Origin: Polyangiales bacterium
GTDB lineage: Bacteria; Myxococcota_A; Polyangia; Polyangiales; Polyangiaceae
Length of the DNA: 64,000 nt
Assembly: GCA_038230375.1 (NCBI GenBank)
Contig: JBBRNJ010000014.1
Coordinates: 32,001 to 96,000 of the forward strand
Direction of reading: 5' to 3'
Part shown: positions 8,861-18,242 of the stretch, piece after piece
How the letters are laid out: every line of letters begins with the position of its first letter
How positions within the stretch are numbered: position 1 is the first letter of the stretch
Position numbers and translations under genes: made by a program
The notes under the pieces: model-generated
Told to the model about the DNA's origin: nothing
The model's database searches: none
The model's input: only the letters and a program-made list of their open reading frames with translations

Positions 8861-9867
8861 GCGGCCCCGAGAAGAGCGTCGCAAAGGGCGCCAGGCGATT
8901 TGCGGAGGTGGTGGCTCACCCGAACATCGCGCTCGCGAAGTACTGGGGCAAGCGGGCGGGGGAGGGCAACGTGCCCGCCACGCCGAGCCTCTCGATCACG
9001 CTGTCTGGTCTCTCCACACGCACGCGCGTGACGTTCGACCCGAGCCTCCACGAGGACAAGGTCACGCTCGGGGGACGCGTGCTCTCCGGCCCGGCGCACA
9101 TGCGCGTGGCCTTCGTGCTCGACGAGGTCCGGAAAGATGTAGTTTCTCCGCAATTCGCGGAGGTGTCCTCCGAGAACGATTTTCCCACGTCAAGCGGCCT
9201 TGCATCGAGCGCCTCGGGCTTCTGCGCGCTCACGCTCGCGGCCGTCACGGCGGCGGGCCTGTCGTGGGAGCAGTCACGTATCGCGGACCTCGCGCGCCGC
9301 ACCTCTGCGTCGTCCGCGCGAAGCTTCTTCTCGGGCTTCGCGGAGCTGGTTCCGGACGGAGCCACCGCACACGCCGCGCAGATCGCTCCGAAGGACCATC
9401 TGCCGCTCAGTGTTCTGGTCTGCGTGACCACGGAAGAGCAGAAGTCCGTGTCCTCCGGCGACGGCATGAAGCGCGTCGCGGAGCGCAGCCCGTTCTACCC
9501 GGCCTGGATCGAGTTCGCGGCGCGGTCGTTCAAAGAGATGCGCGGCGCGCTGCTCGAGAAGAACATCACGCGGCTTGGTGAGCTCGTGGAAGAGAACGCG
9601 CTGGCGATGCACGCGACGGGCCTACCCGCTGGCGTGATCTACCTCAAGCCAGAGACGCTCCGCGTGCTCGAGACCGTGCGGACGCTGCGGGCGCGCGGCC
9701 TGTACGCGTACGCCACGATGGATGCGGGGCCGCACGTGAAGGTGCTGGTGTTGCCCGACGGCAAGGCGGCCGCCCTCGCGGCGCTCACAGGCACGCCCGG
9801 AGTCCTGCGCGTGATCTCGGCGGAGCCCGGGGACGGGGCGCGCGTCGTCGCCAAGGGGGAGGCTTGA
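8857..9867 (+). CDS. mvaD: diphosphomevalonate decarboxylase
   Basis: NIALAKYWGK, PSLSITL, NDFPTSSGLASSASG, MHA, TMDAGPHVK. Confidence 0.95.
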   Translation: MSGPEKSVAKGARRFAEVVAHPNIALAKYWGKRAGEGNVPATPSLSITLSGLSTRTRVTFDPSLHEDKVTLGGRVLSGPAHMRVAFVLDEVRKDVVSPQFAEVSSENDFPTSSGLASSASGFCALTLAAVTAAGLSWEQSRIADLARRTSASSARSFFSGFAELVPDGATAHAAQIAPKDHLPLSVLVCVTTEEQKSVSSGDGMKRVAERSPFYPAWIEFAARSFKEMRGALLEKNITRLGELVEENALAMHATGLPAGVIYLKPETLRVLETVRTLRARGLYAYATMDAGPHVKVLVLPDGKAAALAALTGTPGVLRVISAEPGDGARVVAKGEA

Positions 9868-9868
9868 A

Positions 9869-10783
9869 ATGAAGGCCTTTGCGCCGGGAAAGATGCTGCT
9901 CTCCGGGGCGTATGCCGTGCTTCACGGCGCGCCGGCGGTGGTGCTCGCCGTGTCGCGCGGCGCCGTGGCGGACACGCGCAAGGACGCAGAGCATGTCAGC
10001 GACGAGCTACGGGCCGCGCTCGCGGGAAACGCGGATCCGAACGTGTGCATACCGCACGTATCCGTATCCGCGCTCTTCCTTGGCGACAATAAGCTGGGGC
10101 TGGGCGCAAGCGCGGCCGGGCTGGTGGCGGCGCTGGGCGCGCTCGCGCGGCAAAGGCACGACGACGTGCGAGCGCCGGAGGTACGCGCCGAGATCTTCGC
10201 GGCGGCGCGGACTGCGCATGCCACGGCGCAATCCGGCGGAAGCGGCGTGGACGTTGCTGCGAGTGTCTACGGCGGGCTACTCGCGTACACGCTCACGGAC
10301 GGCATCGCGAAGATCGAGCCGGTCGCGTATCCAGAGAAGCTCGTGGTGGAGGCGTTCTTCTCCGGCCGCAGCGCCAGCACGAAGGACATGCGCGCGCGTG
10401 TGGATGCGCTCGCCGCACGCGAACCGGCGCGCTTCGCACAGCTCATGGCAGACCTGTCGCGAGAGGCCGTGACCGCTTGCGCTGCGATCGCGTCGGGCGA
10501 CGTGGCGGGATTCCTGGGCGCGGTCCGTGGTCAGATCTTCGGGCTCTCGGCGCTGGGCAGGGAAGCGGACGCGCCCATCGTACTTCCGTCGTTCATGGAG
10601 CTCGACGGCCTTGCCCAGGCCACGGCGGGCGTGTTCACGGGCTCGGGCGCTGGCGGCGGCGACATCGCCCTGTACATGGGTCAGCGGGGCTCTACGCCTG
10701 CCCTGCGCGACCGCGCGCGCGAGCTTGGCTTGTCTCCGTTCGTGTTCGAGCGTGATGCGCTCGGTCTTCGCAGCATCGATTGA
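9869..10783 (+). CDS. phosphomevalonate kinase (GHMP family)
   Basis: APGK.LLSGAYAVL, KLGLGASAA, GSGVDVAASVYGG, SGAGGGD; position between mvaD and HMG-CoA reductase. Confidence 0.82.
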   Translation: MKAFAPGKMLLSGAYAVLHGAPAVVLAVSRGAVADTRKDAEHVSDELRAALAGNADPNVCIPHVSVSALFLGDNKLGLGASAAGLVAALGALARQRHDDVRAPEVRAEIFAAARTAHATAQSGGSGVDVAASVYGGLLAYTLTDGIAKIEPVAYPEKLVVEAFFSGRSASTKDMRARVDALAAREPARFAQLMADLSREAVTACAAIASGDVAGFLGAVRGQIFGLSALGREADAPIVLPSFMELDGLAQATAGVFTGSGAGGGDIALYMGQRGSTPALRDRARELGLSPFVFERDALGLRSID

Positions 10784-10795
10784 AGGATTCAAACA

Positions 10796-12112
10796 ATGGC
10801 ACGCACCTCAAGGCTTCCCGGCTTCTACAAGGTCACCGTCAACGAGCGTCGATCGCTCGTGTGCGAGGCCACTGGCGCCGATCCGCAAGAGATCGAGGCC
10901 GCGCTCGCGGGCGGCGGACTCGATGCGGAGACCGCCGACAAGTTCGTCGAGAACGTCCTTGGCACGTACGCGCTGCCGTATGGCGTCGCGCTCAACGTGC
11001 GCGTGAACGGCAAGGACTACGTCGTGCCGATGGTCGTCGAGGAGCCCAGCGTCGTCGCTGCTGCATCGAATGCCGCCAAGATGGTGCGCGCCGGTGGCGG
11101 CTTCCGAGCAGACGTCGACGCTTCGCTGATGATCAGCCAGATCCAGCTCTACGACGTGAAGGACCAAGCAGCGGCCCGCGCGCGCATCCTCGCCGCGCGC
11201 AAGGAGATCCTCGCGCAGGCGGACAAGGCAGCCCCTGGGCTGGTCAGCCGCGGCGGTGGCGCGCGTGACATCGAGGTTCGCATCATCGGCACACCCGAGG
11301 ACAAGATGCTCGTGGTGCATGTCCTTGTAGACTGCAAGGACGCGATGGGCGCCAACTTGATCAACGGCATCGCCGAGGCGATCGCCGATCGCCTGGCGGA
11401 GCTCGCGTCCGCGAAGGTGGGCCTGCGTATCCTATCCAACCTCTGCGATCGCCGCTGCGTGCGTGTGACCTGTCGCGTGCCGGCCGAGTCCCTTGCCACG
11501 GACGACATGGATGGCGAGCAGGTGATCGACGGCATCGTCAACGCGTCGCGCTTCGCGGAGCTCGACCCGTATCGCGCTGCGACCCACAACAAGGGGATCA
11601 TGAACGGCGTGGACGCCGTCGTGATCGCGACCGGCAACGACTGGCGCGCAGTGGAGGCGGGCGCTCACGCATATGCATCGCGCAGCGGCACGTACAGTCC
11701 GCTGGCAACGTGGCGGCGCGATCCCGAGCAGCCCGGGATGCTGCTCGGCCGCATCGAGCTGCCGCTTGCGCTGGGCACCGTGGGGGGCACGCTACGGGTG
11801 CACCCTGCGGCGCGGCTCTCGCTCAGCATGCTCGGCTCACCGTCGTCCGCGGAGCTCGCATCGATCGCCGCGGCGCTCGGGCTCGCGTCCAATCTCGCGG
11901 CCGTCCGCGCTCTTGCAACGGACGGCATCCAGCGTGGGCACATGGCCCTTCACGCGCGCTCCGTGGCACTTGCTGCCGGCGCTGCGGGCGACCTTGTGGC
12001 GAAGGTCGCTCAGATGATCGTGGAAGCGCGCGACATCACGGTGGAGGCCGCGCGCCGCGCGCTGTCCGTCGCGCAAGGCGAAGGCGAAGGCGCGACGCTG
12101 TCAGAGGACTGA
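10796..12112 (+). CDS. mvaA: hydroxymethylglutaryl-CoA reductase, class II
   Basis: ENVLG, EEPSVVAAAS, DAMGAN, RAATHNKGIMNG, GIQRGHM motifs. Confidence 0.96.
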   Translation: MARTSRLPGFYKVTVNERRSLVCEATGADPQEIEAALAGGGLDAETADKFVENVLGTYALPYGVALNVRVNGKDYVVPMVVEEPSVVAAASNAAKMVRAGGGFRADVDASLMISQIQLYDVKDQAAARARILAARKEILAQADKAAPGLVSRGGGARDIEVRIIGTPEDKMLVVHVLVDCKDAMGANLINGIAEAIADRLAELASAKVGLRILSNLCDRRCVRVTCRVPAESLATDDMDGEQVIDGIVNASRFAELDPYRAATHNKGIMNGVDAVVIATGNDWRAVEAGAHAYASRSGTYSPLATWRRDPEQPGMLLGRIELPLALGTVGGTLRVHPAARLSLSMLGSPSSAELASIAAALGLASNLAAVRALATDGIQRGHMALHARSVALAAGAAGDLVAKVAQMIVEARDITVEAARRALSVAQGEGEGATLSED

Positions 12113-12113
12113 G

Positions 12114-12425
12114 CTACTGCGCGAGCTGGGCGGGGCCACCGGGACCCTGCGGTCCCGGATCAGGCGACGACGGATGGTGGCCGGGGCGGTTCGGAACCAC
12201 CTGGACGCCCGGATCGAACGAGTTCGTGTGGGCACGGTTGTCGATCTGGCCCTGGACCGGCGAGTCGACGACGGCGGCGGGGATCTGGTCGCCGTTCGGA
12301 TCCTGCGCGACGGTGCCGCCTTGGTCGGTCGAAAGGTTCGTGTCGCCCGGGCCTTCGGTGCCCGCCGCGCAACCGCTCGCCATCGCGAGCAAACCAGCCA
12401 TCACAACCGTAAGAACCGTCTTCAT
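12114..12425 (-). CDS. small hypothetical lipoprotein
   Basis: MKTVLTVVMAGLLAMASGC signal/lipobox; GGAGG RBS upstream; Pro/Gly-rich tail. Confidence 0.65.
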   Translation of the reverse strand: MKTVLTVVMAGLLAMASGCAAGTEGPGDTNLSTDQGGTVAQDPNGDQIPAAVVDSPVQGQIDNRAHTNSFDPGVQVVPNRPGHHPSSPDPGPQGPGGPAQLAQ

Positions 12426-12808
12426 GTGCCGAGCCTCCTGTAGAACCGGGGACCGTGTCTTTTGTGGGGCAACAACTCCCCCAGTTTTTGACACTCTCAT
12501 CTTACGCTTGTCGCGGCAACAAGTTTGAGACGCGTCTTTTACTTTTGGAGGATGGAAACGTACATCCGCGGCCCCGCTCTCCGCTCCAGTAGCCGGAGCG
12601 GGGATCGTCCGAGCACGGATGGAAGAACGAAAGAATTTGGAGTGGCCACACGGGCCGTCTCCCAGCCTCTCCGAGCCCTTGGCCAGCTCAGCCGCCCGGA
12701 AAAATCGACGGGAGGCGACACATAGATCTCGACGCAAATCTGGCGGAGCCGTGCAAGCGGTGGCGTGGCCTCTGACGGCGGACGGTTTTGCGGCCTGCCG
12801 TCGCGAAG

Positions 12809-13504
12809 CTAGGGCGCGACGCCGGCTTCCGCCTGTAGCTGGCGGAACACGTCGATGTGAGAGATGAGCAGCTTCACGAGCGCGTTTCGCACCTCGTCGC
12901 GGCTCAGCACCTTGCGTTCGAGGTAGTCCAGGCTCAGCGCCTCCGTGCAGCCGATCCATCCGCGCAGCACCGCGCGAAGCCGGTCGAGTGAAGCGCCCTC
13001 GAGGCCGATCGCAGTGACCGCGTTCTCGAGGATGCGGCTGACGAACGCCTCGCGCGTGGTGTCGACGATGCTCGCGACCTCGCGATCGGAGCCGATGCCG
13101 CCGCGCATCAGCGCAGAGAACGATGCGGCGTGCTCGTCGACGTAGTCGATGTAACGCGTGAGGCCCGCGATCGCACGCTCCAGTGGCGGCAGCGTGGGAT
13201 CCGGCTCCGTGCGCTTCAACAGATCCGCGGACGACTCCGTGAGCGCCGCGACGTAGAACGCGCGCTTCGTGGGGAAGTAGTGATAGAGCAGCCCCTTCGA
13301 GATGCCGGCGGCATCCGCGATCTCGTCGATCGACACGTCGTCGTATGGGTGACGCGCGAAGCGCTGGATGCCGAGCGCGATGAGCTGCGCGCGTCTCTCC
13401 TCCACGTCGAAGCGAACGCGCTTCGATGCAGGCGCACGCTCGGACGCGGGCGGCGCGGCCTTCGTCTTCGACTTGCTGCGGGGAGTTGTGTCCTTCTTGG
13501 TCAT
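12809..13504 (-). CDS. TetR/AcrR family transcriptional regulator
   Basis: HTH SIDEIADAAGISKGLLYHYFPTK. Confidence 0.95.
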   Translation of the reverse strand: MTKKDTTPRSKSKTKAAPPASERAPASKRVRFDVEERRAQLIALGIQRFARHPYDDVSIDEIADAAGISKGLLYHYFPTKRAFYVAALTESSADLLKRTEPDPTLPPLERAIAGLTRYIDYVDEHAASFSALMRGGIGSDREVASIVDTTREAFVSRILENAVTAIGLEGASLDRLRAVLRGWIGCTEALSLDYLERKVLSRDEVRNALVKLLISHIDVFRQLQAEAGVAP

Positions 13505-13583
13505 GCGCGCAGCTTGGTCACCCGATCGCGAGTTCATTGTGCGGCCCAACCCTTCTCTCCGGCAAGAACTCAGGCGCGGGGCC

Positions 13584-13621
13584 CATCGTCACACGATGTC
13601 GCACTGTTGACTTTCGGTCAA
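13584..13621. promoter_or_regulatory. probable TetR operator palindromes in the divergent promoter
   Basis: CATCGT-3-ACGATG (13584-13598) and TTGAC-5-GTCAA (13607-13621). Confidence 0.5.
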
Positions 13622-13641
13622 TAGAGTTCATGATCTCTGGC

Positions 13642-14601
13642 ATGTCCGTCGCGAGCCATGAGCGAGCGTCCATCACGCCGGCCCCGAACGGCGCTCCCAG
13701 CGACATCCGGGTCCGCAGTCCGAAGTTCGACTTCACCGGAGTGCCGCGACGCTGGTTGCTCGGAAGTCGCATCGCTTCCAATGTTGCGAACGGCGCGAAC
13801 CTGCTCTTTCCCGCGGGCGAACGATTCTTCGTGCGGAGCGTGCGGCGCTATCTCGACCGGCTCGACCCCGTGGCCGACGCGCAGCTGCTCTCCGACGTGC
13901 GCGCGTTCTCGCAGCAGGAGGGCCGTCACGCTGCCGCGCACGAGCGCGCGTTCGAGGTGCTGCGCGCGCAGGGCTACGACATCGACACGTTCCTTCGTGT
14001 GTATGAGGCGATCGCCTTTGGTGCGATCGAGAAGGTCGTCCCACACAAGCTGAGCCTCGCCGCCACGGCCGCATGCGAGCACTTCACGGCCATCCTTGCG
14101 GAGGCCGGCCTCACGGACGGCGTGATGGACCACGCGCATCCCGTGATGCGGGAGCTCCTCTTGTGGCACGCGGTGGAGGAGATCGAGCACCGCTCGGTCG
14201 CGTTCGACGTGCTCCTGAAGGTGGACTCCAGCTATGCCCTGCGGATGGCGGGTCTCGCCATGGCGAGCTCGATGCTCGGCAGCTTCTGGGTGCTGGGCGC
14301 GCTCCACCTGCTCGCGCAAGACGGCGATCCGGCGGGCCTCCTGCGCGAGATGCGCATCGGCCGGCAGAAGAAGAAGCGTCAGGCAGAGGCCGCGCGCGCG
14401 GGCACGCTGGACGCCACCAAGGAGGCGATCCTGCCGCAGAAGGGGATCATGACGCGCGTCTTCGGTCGCGGCATCCGTGACTACGTGCGGCGCGATTTTC
14501 ATCCGGCGGAGCGCGACCTCGGTCCGGTGGTGGAGCAGGCGATGCGCACGGTACGCGCGCTGGACCAGCCAGAGGCAGCGCATCCCGCGAATGCCATATA
14601 A
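13642..14601 (+). CDS. predicted metal-dependent hydrolase (PF10118-like)
   Basis: FPAGERFFVRSVR, QEGRH...H, CEHFTA, WHAVEEIEHRSVAFDV, FHP motifs. Confidence 0.88.
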   Translation: MSVASHERASITPAPNGAPSDIRVRSPKFDFTGVPRRWLLGSRIASNVANGANLLFPAGERFFVRSVRRYLDRLDPVADAQLLSDVRAFSQQEGRHAAAHERAFEVLRAQGYDIDTFLRVYEAIAFGAIEKVVPHKLSLAATAACEHFTAILAEAGLTDGVMDHAHPVMRELLLWHAVEEIEHRSVAFDVLLKVDSSYALRMAGLAMASSMLGSFWVLGALHLLAQDGDPAGLLREMRIGRQKKKRQAEAARAGTLDATKEAILPQKGIMTRVFGRGIRDYVRRDFHPAERDLGPVVEQAMRTVRALDQPEAAHPANAI

Positions 14602-14633
14602 AAACCGGGCGAGGTGGCGTAACGTTCCGTTCC

Positions 14634-15698
14634 GTGGGCGACGACCCCAAACCGAATCCGCATCATGATGTGAGCGGAGCTCTGCACGACGCGTCGAATG
14701 CGCTGACGGTACTCCTTGGCTGGATCGCCGAGGCACGGGCCAAGGACATTCCGGACGAGCAGCGGGAACACGCGCTCGCCGTCATCGAGCGGCAGGCGCG
14801 GATCGCACGGAGCATCGCCCGGCGCGCGATCGGCGCAGAGACCGCGGCGGCCGAGGGCTCCGCCGACAGCACCATCAGCGACGTGCTCGAGAGCCTCAGC
14901 GCGCTCGGGCAGAAGCGCCGCGTCGTGTTCGAGAAGCGCTCGCTGCCCAAGGGCACCGTGCCGCGCGTCGCCGACTTCGGGCAGGTGCTGACGAACCTGT
15001 GCCTGAACGCGCTCGCGTTCACACCTGACGGGACGACCGTAGCGGTGACGGCGCACGCCGAGCCACACGCGGTCATCGTGCTCGTCCAGGACGAGGGCGA
15101 CGGGATCCCGCAATCACGCGTCGACGACATCTGGAGCGGAGAGACCACGCGCTCTGGCGGCGCGGGTGTCGGCCTTCGGTATGCGCGGTCGCTCGCGCAG
15201 GGGGCCGGCGGCGATCTCTCGCTCATGCAGACGCCCACGGGTCAGAAGGGCGCGTGCTTCCGCCTTGAGTGGCCGCGCACGGATCGCGTCCCGAAGGCGC
15301 CCATGTCCTTCTCGGGGTCAGCGATCCTCGCCGCCCGGCAGATCCTCCTCGTCGAGGACGACGACGACGTGATCGAGCTGGTCGAGACCGCGCTCACGGC
15401 GAAGGGCGCGGAGATCTCCGTGGCGCGCAAGACCGCCGAGGTCGAGAAGGCCCTCTCGGCACTGGCCACGGCGCCCACGGCTTACGACTGCGCGGTGGTG
15501 GACCTCTCGCCGCTCGGCGCGGATCCCACAGCGCTCCTCTCCAGGCTCGTGGACGCGGGTCTGCCGCTGGTCCTCATCACCGGCAACGTGGACGGCATAC
15601 CGGAGCTGCGCGGCGACGTACGGGTGGTCCGCAAGCCGTTCGAGGTGAAGGAGCTGGTCGAGGCCCTGACGATCCTGTTGCAGGTGAGTCGCCGCTGA
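14634..15698 (+). CDS. hybrid histidine kinase / response regulator lacking a sensor domain
   Basis: H-box LHDASNALT, N-box NLCLNA, DEGDG, GAGVGL; C-terminal receiver VEDD...VD...ITG...KPF. Confidence 0.85.
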   Translation: MGDDPKPNPHHDVSGALHDASNALTVLLGWIAEARAKDIPDEQREHALAVIERQARIARSIARRAIGAETAAAEGSADSTISDVLESLSALGQKRRVVFEKRSLPKGTVPRVADFGQVLTNLCLNALAFTPDGTTVAVTAHAEPHAVIVLVQDEGDGIPQSRVDDIWSGETTRSGGAGVGLRYARSLAQGAGGDLSLMQTPTGQKGACFRLEWPRTDRVPKAPMSFSGSAILAARQILLVEDDDDVIELVETALTAKGAEISVARKTAEVEKALSALATAPTAYDCAVVDLSPLGADPTALLSRLVDAGLPLVLITGNVDGIPELRGDVRVVRKPFEVKELVEALTILLQVSRR

Positions 15699-15720
15699 GC
15701 GCCCGCTGACCCGCCGAACC

Positions 15721-15750
15721 GCCGATGAAATCGGCTGAAACGGGCTGAAA
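15721..15750 (+). repeat. three phased TGAAA direct repeats (10-bp period) upstream of the tRNA promoter
   Basis: gccgaTGAAA tcggcTGAAA cgggcTGAAA. Confidence 0.6.
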
Positions 15751-15773
15751 TGCCGGGCCTTTCGTTCTTTTCC

Positions 15774-15803
15774 TTGACGCGACGGACCCCCGTTCGCTAT
15801 CTA
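15774..15803 (+). promoter_or_regulatory. sigma70-type promoter of tRNA-Leu
   Basis: TTGACG-18 bp-TATCTA followed by a GC-rich discriminator. Confidence 0.5.
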
Positions 15804-15815
15804 CGCGCTCCCCAC

Positions 15816-15897
15816 GCGAAGGTGGCGGAATTGGCAGACGCACTAGCTTGAGGTGCTAGCGGGTAAAACCGTAGGGGTTCAAGTCCCCTCCTTCGCA
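15816..15897 (+). tRNA. tRNA-Leu (anticodon GAG)
   Basis: Acceptor GCGAAGG/CCTTCGC, D-arm GGAATTGGCAGAC, anticodon arm CTAGC-TTGAGGT-GCTAG, long variable arm, GGTTCAAGTCC; CCA not encoded. Confidence 0.96.
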
Positions 15898-15942
15898 CTC
15901 CTTTCTCACTCACTCTGGTCCCTAAGCACGCGGGGTTTTTTC

Positions 15943-16722
15943 ATGACCGCAGCACCTCCCAAGGGACGACCCACCTTCTCGAGCGAGCCGCCGCCGTCCT
16001 CGCGCGCGGCCAAGATCCTGCAGACGCTCAAGGAGAGCGTGCGGGTCCCCGAGCCGCGCTTCCTTGCGCCCGAGATCTACGGCAGCGCCGCCATCCGCAA
16101 CATCGCGCGCGCGCTGCCGCCGGTCGAGCGCGTGTACGCGAACATCCGCTTCTCGATCCTGCGACCGAAGCTCCTCAGCGTCATGGACCTTCTGCTCCCG
16201 GACGAGGGCAAGATCCTCGACATCGGCTGCGGGTTCGGTCTCTTCGCCGCGTACTTCGGGCAGACGCAGCCCAACCGCCACATCACCGGCATCGATCCGG
16301 ATGCGCGTCGCATCAAGATGGCGGAGCGCGTGGCGGACAAGCTGGGCCTCGTGAACCACTCCTTCCTCGCGAAGGACGCGCGCGACATGGGCCTGGGTGG
16401 CCCGTTCGACGCCGCGTACGTGCTGGACGTGATGCACCACATTCCGGCAGACGCGCAGGAGCCGCTGCTCGCGCGCCTTCGCGATCTGCTCACGCCGCAC
16501 GGCACGCTGCTCATCAAGGACATCACCACGGAGCCGCACCTGGGGCTCAAGTTCACCGAGTGGATGGATCGCCTCATGGTGGGCTGGGATGAGCCGCTGG
16601 CGTACCGTCACCACCGCGACTGGGGCGCCATGCTCGTGCGCCTGGGCTTCAAGGTGCGGATGGTGCGCGTGCCGGACGTGCTCCCGTATCCACACGTCGT
16701 GATCGCCGCCACCAAGGTCTAG
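15943..16722 (+). CDS. class I SAM-dependent methyltransferase
   Basis: ILDIGCGFG motif I, GIDPD, FDAAYVLDVMHH. Confidence 0.88.
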   Translation: MTAAPPKGRPTFSSEPPPSSRAAKILQTLKESVRVPEPRFLAPEIYGSAAIRNIARALPPVERVYANIRFSILRPKLLSVMDLLLPDEGKILDIGCGFGLFAAYFGQTQPNRHITGIDPDARRIKMAERVADKLGLVNHSFLAKDARDMGLGGPFDAAYVLDVMHHIPADAQEPLLARLRDLLTPHGTLLIKDITTEPHLGLKFTEWMDRLMVGWDEPLAYRHHRDWGAMLVRLGFKVRMVRVPDVLPYPHVVIAATKV

Positions 16723-16759
16723 GCGTTCCGAACGAGCCCTTCGTTGCCAAGGCTCCCTC

Positions 16760-17392
16760 TCAGAGGGAGCCCTTCGTCGAAGGTATCTCCGTGGCGCGCG
16801 GATCCTTGCGGGTCGCCTGCGCGAGCGCCTTCGAGAAGGCCTTGAACGTGATCTCGACGATATGGTGGAGGTTGCGGCCGGCCTCCTTCACTACGTGTAG
16901 ATTACAACCAACTCCGCGGGCGAAGGCCTCGAAGAAGACCTCCGCGAGCTCCACGTCGAACTCGCCCAGCTTCGCCTTGGGCAGGTCCGCCTCCCAGACG
17001 AAGTAGGTCCGCCCCGAGAGGTCGAGCGAGACGCTGACGCGCGCCTCGTCCATGGGGAGGGTGGCCCAGCCGTAGCGGGCGATGCCACGCTTGTCGCCCA
17101 GGGCCTTCGCGAACGCCTCGCCCAGCACGATGCCCGTGTCCTCGACGGTGTGGTGGCCGTCGATGTGCGTGTCGCCTTTCGCCACGATCGAGAGGCCGAA
17201 GCCGCCGTGCCGCGCGAGCTGCTCGAGCATGTGCGAGAAGAAGGGGAGGGGCGTGTCGATCGTCCCGCCGGCAGCCAGGGGACCGTCCAGGTCGATCTCC
17301 ACGACGATGTCCGTCTCGCGGGTGGTGCGCTGGACGCGGGCGGCGCGGGGGGCTGCGTTTGGCGGGGGCACGGGCGGAACGGGCGCGCTCAC
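16760..17392 (-). CDS. hisB: imidazoleglycerol-phosphate dehydratase
   Basis: RTTRETDI, FFSHML, DGHHTVED, PMDEA, NLHHIVE motifs. Confidence 0.96.
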   Translation of the reverse strand: MSAPVPPVPPPNAAPRAARVQRTTRETDIVVEIDLDGPLAAGGTIDTPLPFFSHMLEQLARHGGFGLSIVAKGDTHIDGHHTVEDTGIVLGEAFAKALGDKRGIARYGWATLPMDEARVSVSLDLSGRTYFVWEADLPKAKLGEFDVELAEVFFEAFARGVGCNLHVVKEAGRNLHHIVEITFKAFSKALAQATRKDPRATEIPSTKGSL

Positions 17393-17435
17393 AGATTCGA
17401 CACGTACCACGGATTTCCCGTATTGTGAGAGGGTG

Positions 17436-18119
17436 ATGGAGCCGCGAAACAGCCGAGATACCCTCCTCGACGAGGTAGAGCAGCAGGACCGCAACGGCCT
17501 CATCGACCGCTATGGCCGCCCGTTCTCTTCGGGCGAGACCCTGTTCCGCGAGGGCGAGACCTCGCGCGAGACCTTCATCCTCCACGAGGGACGCGTCCGG
17601 TTACTGAAGCGCGTTCGCCTCGCGGACCGCAGCCTCACGGTGCTGCGGCCGGGCGATCTCTTCGGTGAGTCCGCGCTCCTCGACTCCACTCCCCGCGGCT
17701 CCACGGCCGTCGCGTTGACGGACGGCATCGCGCTTGCGTTCGACCGCGGCGCGTTCCTGGCGCTCATGCAGCGCGACCCGCTGCTCGGCGCGCGCATGAT
17801 GGAGCAGCTCGTGCGCCGCGTGCGCGACGCGGAGGACCAGATCGAGGTCATGATGCTCCGCGACACCCAGTCGAAGATCGTGAGCGCCCTCCTCAAGCTG
17901 ACGGGCGGGCGCCCCACCGGCTCCGCGGACCTCTCCATCTCCCCGGTCGATCTCTCCACCCGCGTGGGCCTGGACGTGGACACCGTGAAGCGAGCTGTGA
18001 TGCGCCTGCGCGACCAGCAGTACGTGAAGATCGTCGGAGAGCGGGTCGAGATCCCGGACATCGACGCCCTCCGCCGCCTCTACTCGCTCCTCGGCTCGAA
18101 AGAAGAGCTCGCCCGCTAG
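17436..18119 (+). CDS. Crp/Fnr family transcriptional regulator
   Basis: cNMP-binding domain (LFREGE, FGESALL...PR.STAVA) plus C-terminal HTH. Confidence 0.9.
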   Translation: MEPRNSRDTLLDEVEQQDRNGLIDRYGRPFSSGETLFREGETSRETFILHEGRVRLLKRVRLADRSLTVLRPGDLFGESALLDSTPRGSTAVALTDGIALAFDRGAFLALMQRDPLLGARMMEQLVRRVRDAEDQIEVMMLRDTQSKIVSALLKLTGGRPTGSADLSISPVDLSTRVGLDVDTVKRAVMRLRDQQYVKIVGERVEIPDIDALRRLYSLLGSKEELAR

Positions 18120-18242
18120 GTTACGCTGTCGCAGCTCACGCTTCGCAGGAGCATCAAGGGTGAACTTCGAACCCTTCGGAATGACGCAAAAAGGTCCCGC
18201 TCCGACCACCTGCTCTGCGAAGAAGCCCACGTCTTTCGTGGG

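Noticed and set aside
12426..12808. CsrA/Rsm-type sRNA suggested by several GGA motifs and hairpins in a 380-bp spacer
   Set aside because: GGA density is not clearly above GC-rich background, few are in hairpin loops, and no terminator is evident
15816..16722. Island integrated at tRNA-Leu
   Set aside because: No duplicate of its 3' end and no integrase in the window; flanking genes look native
18156..18200. c-di-GMP-I (GEMM) riboswitch suggested by GGTGAAC...GACGCAAA
   Set aside because: No GNRA tetraloop or receptor helix, and it lies upstream of the predicted promoter
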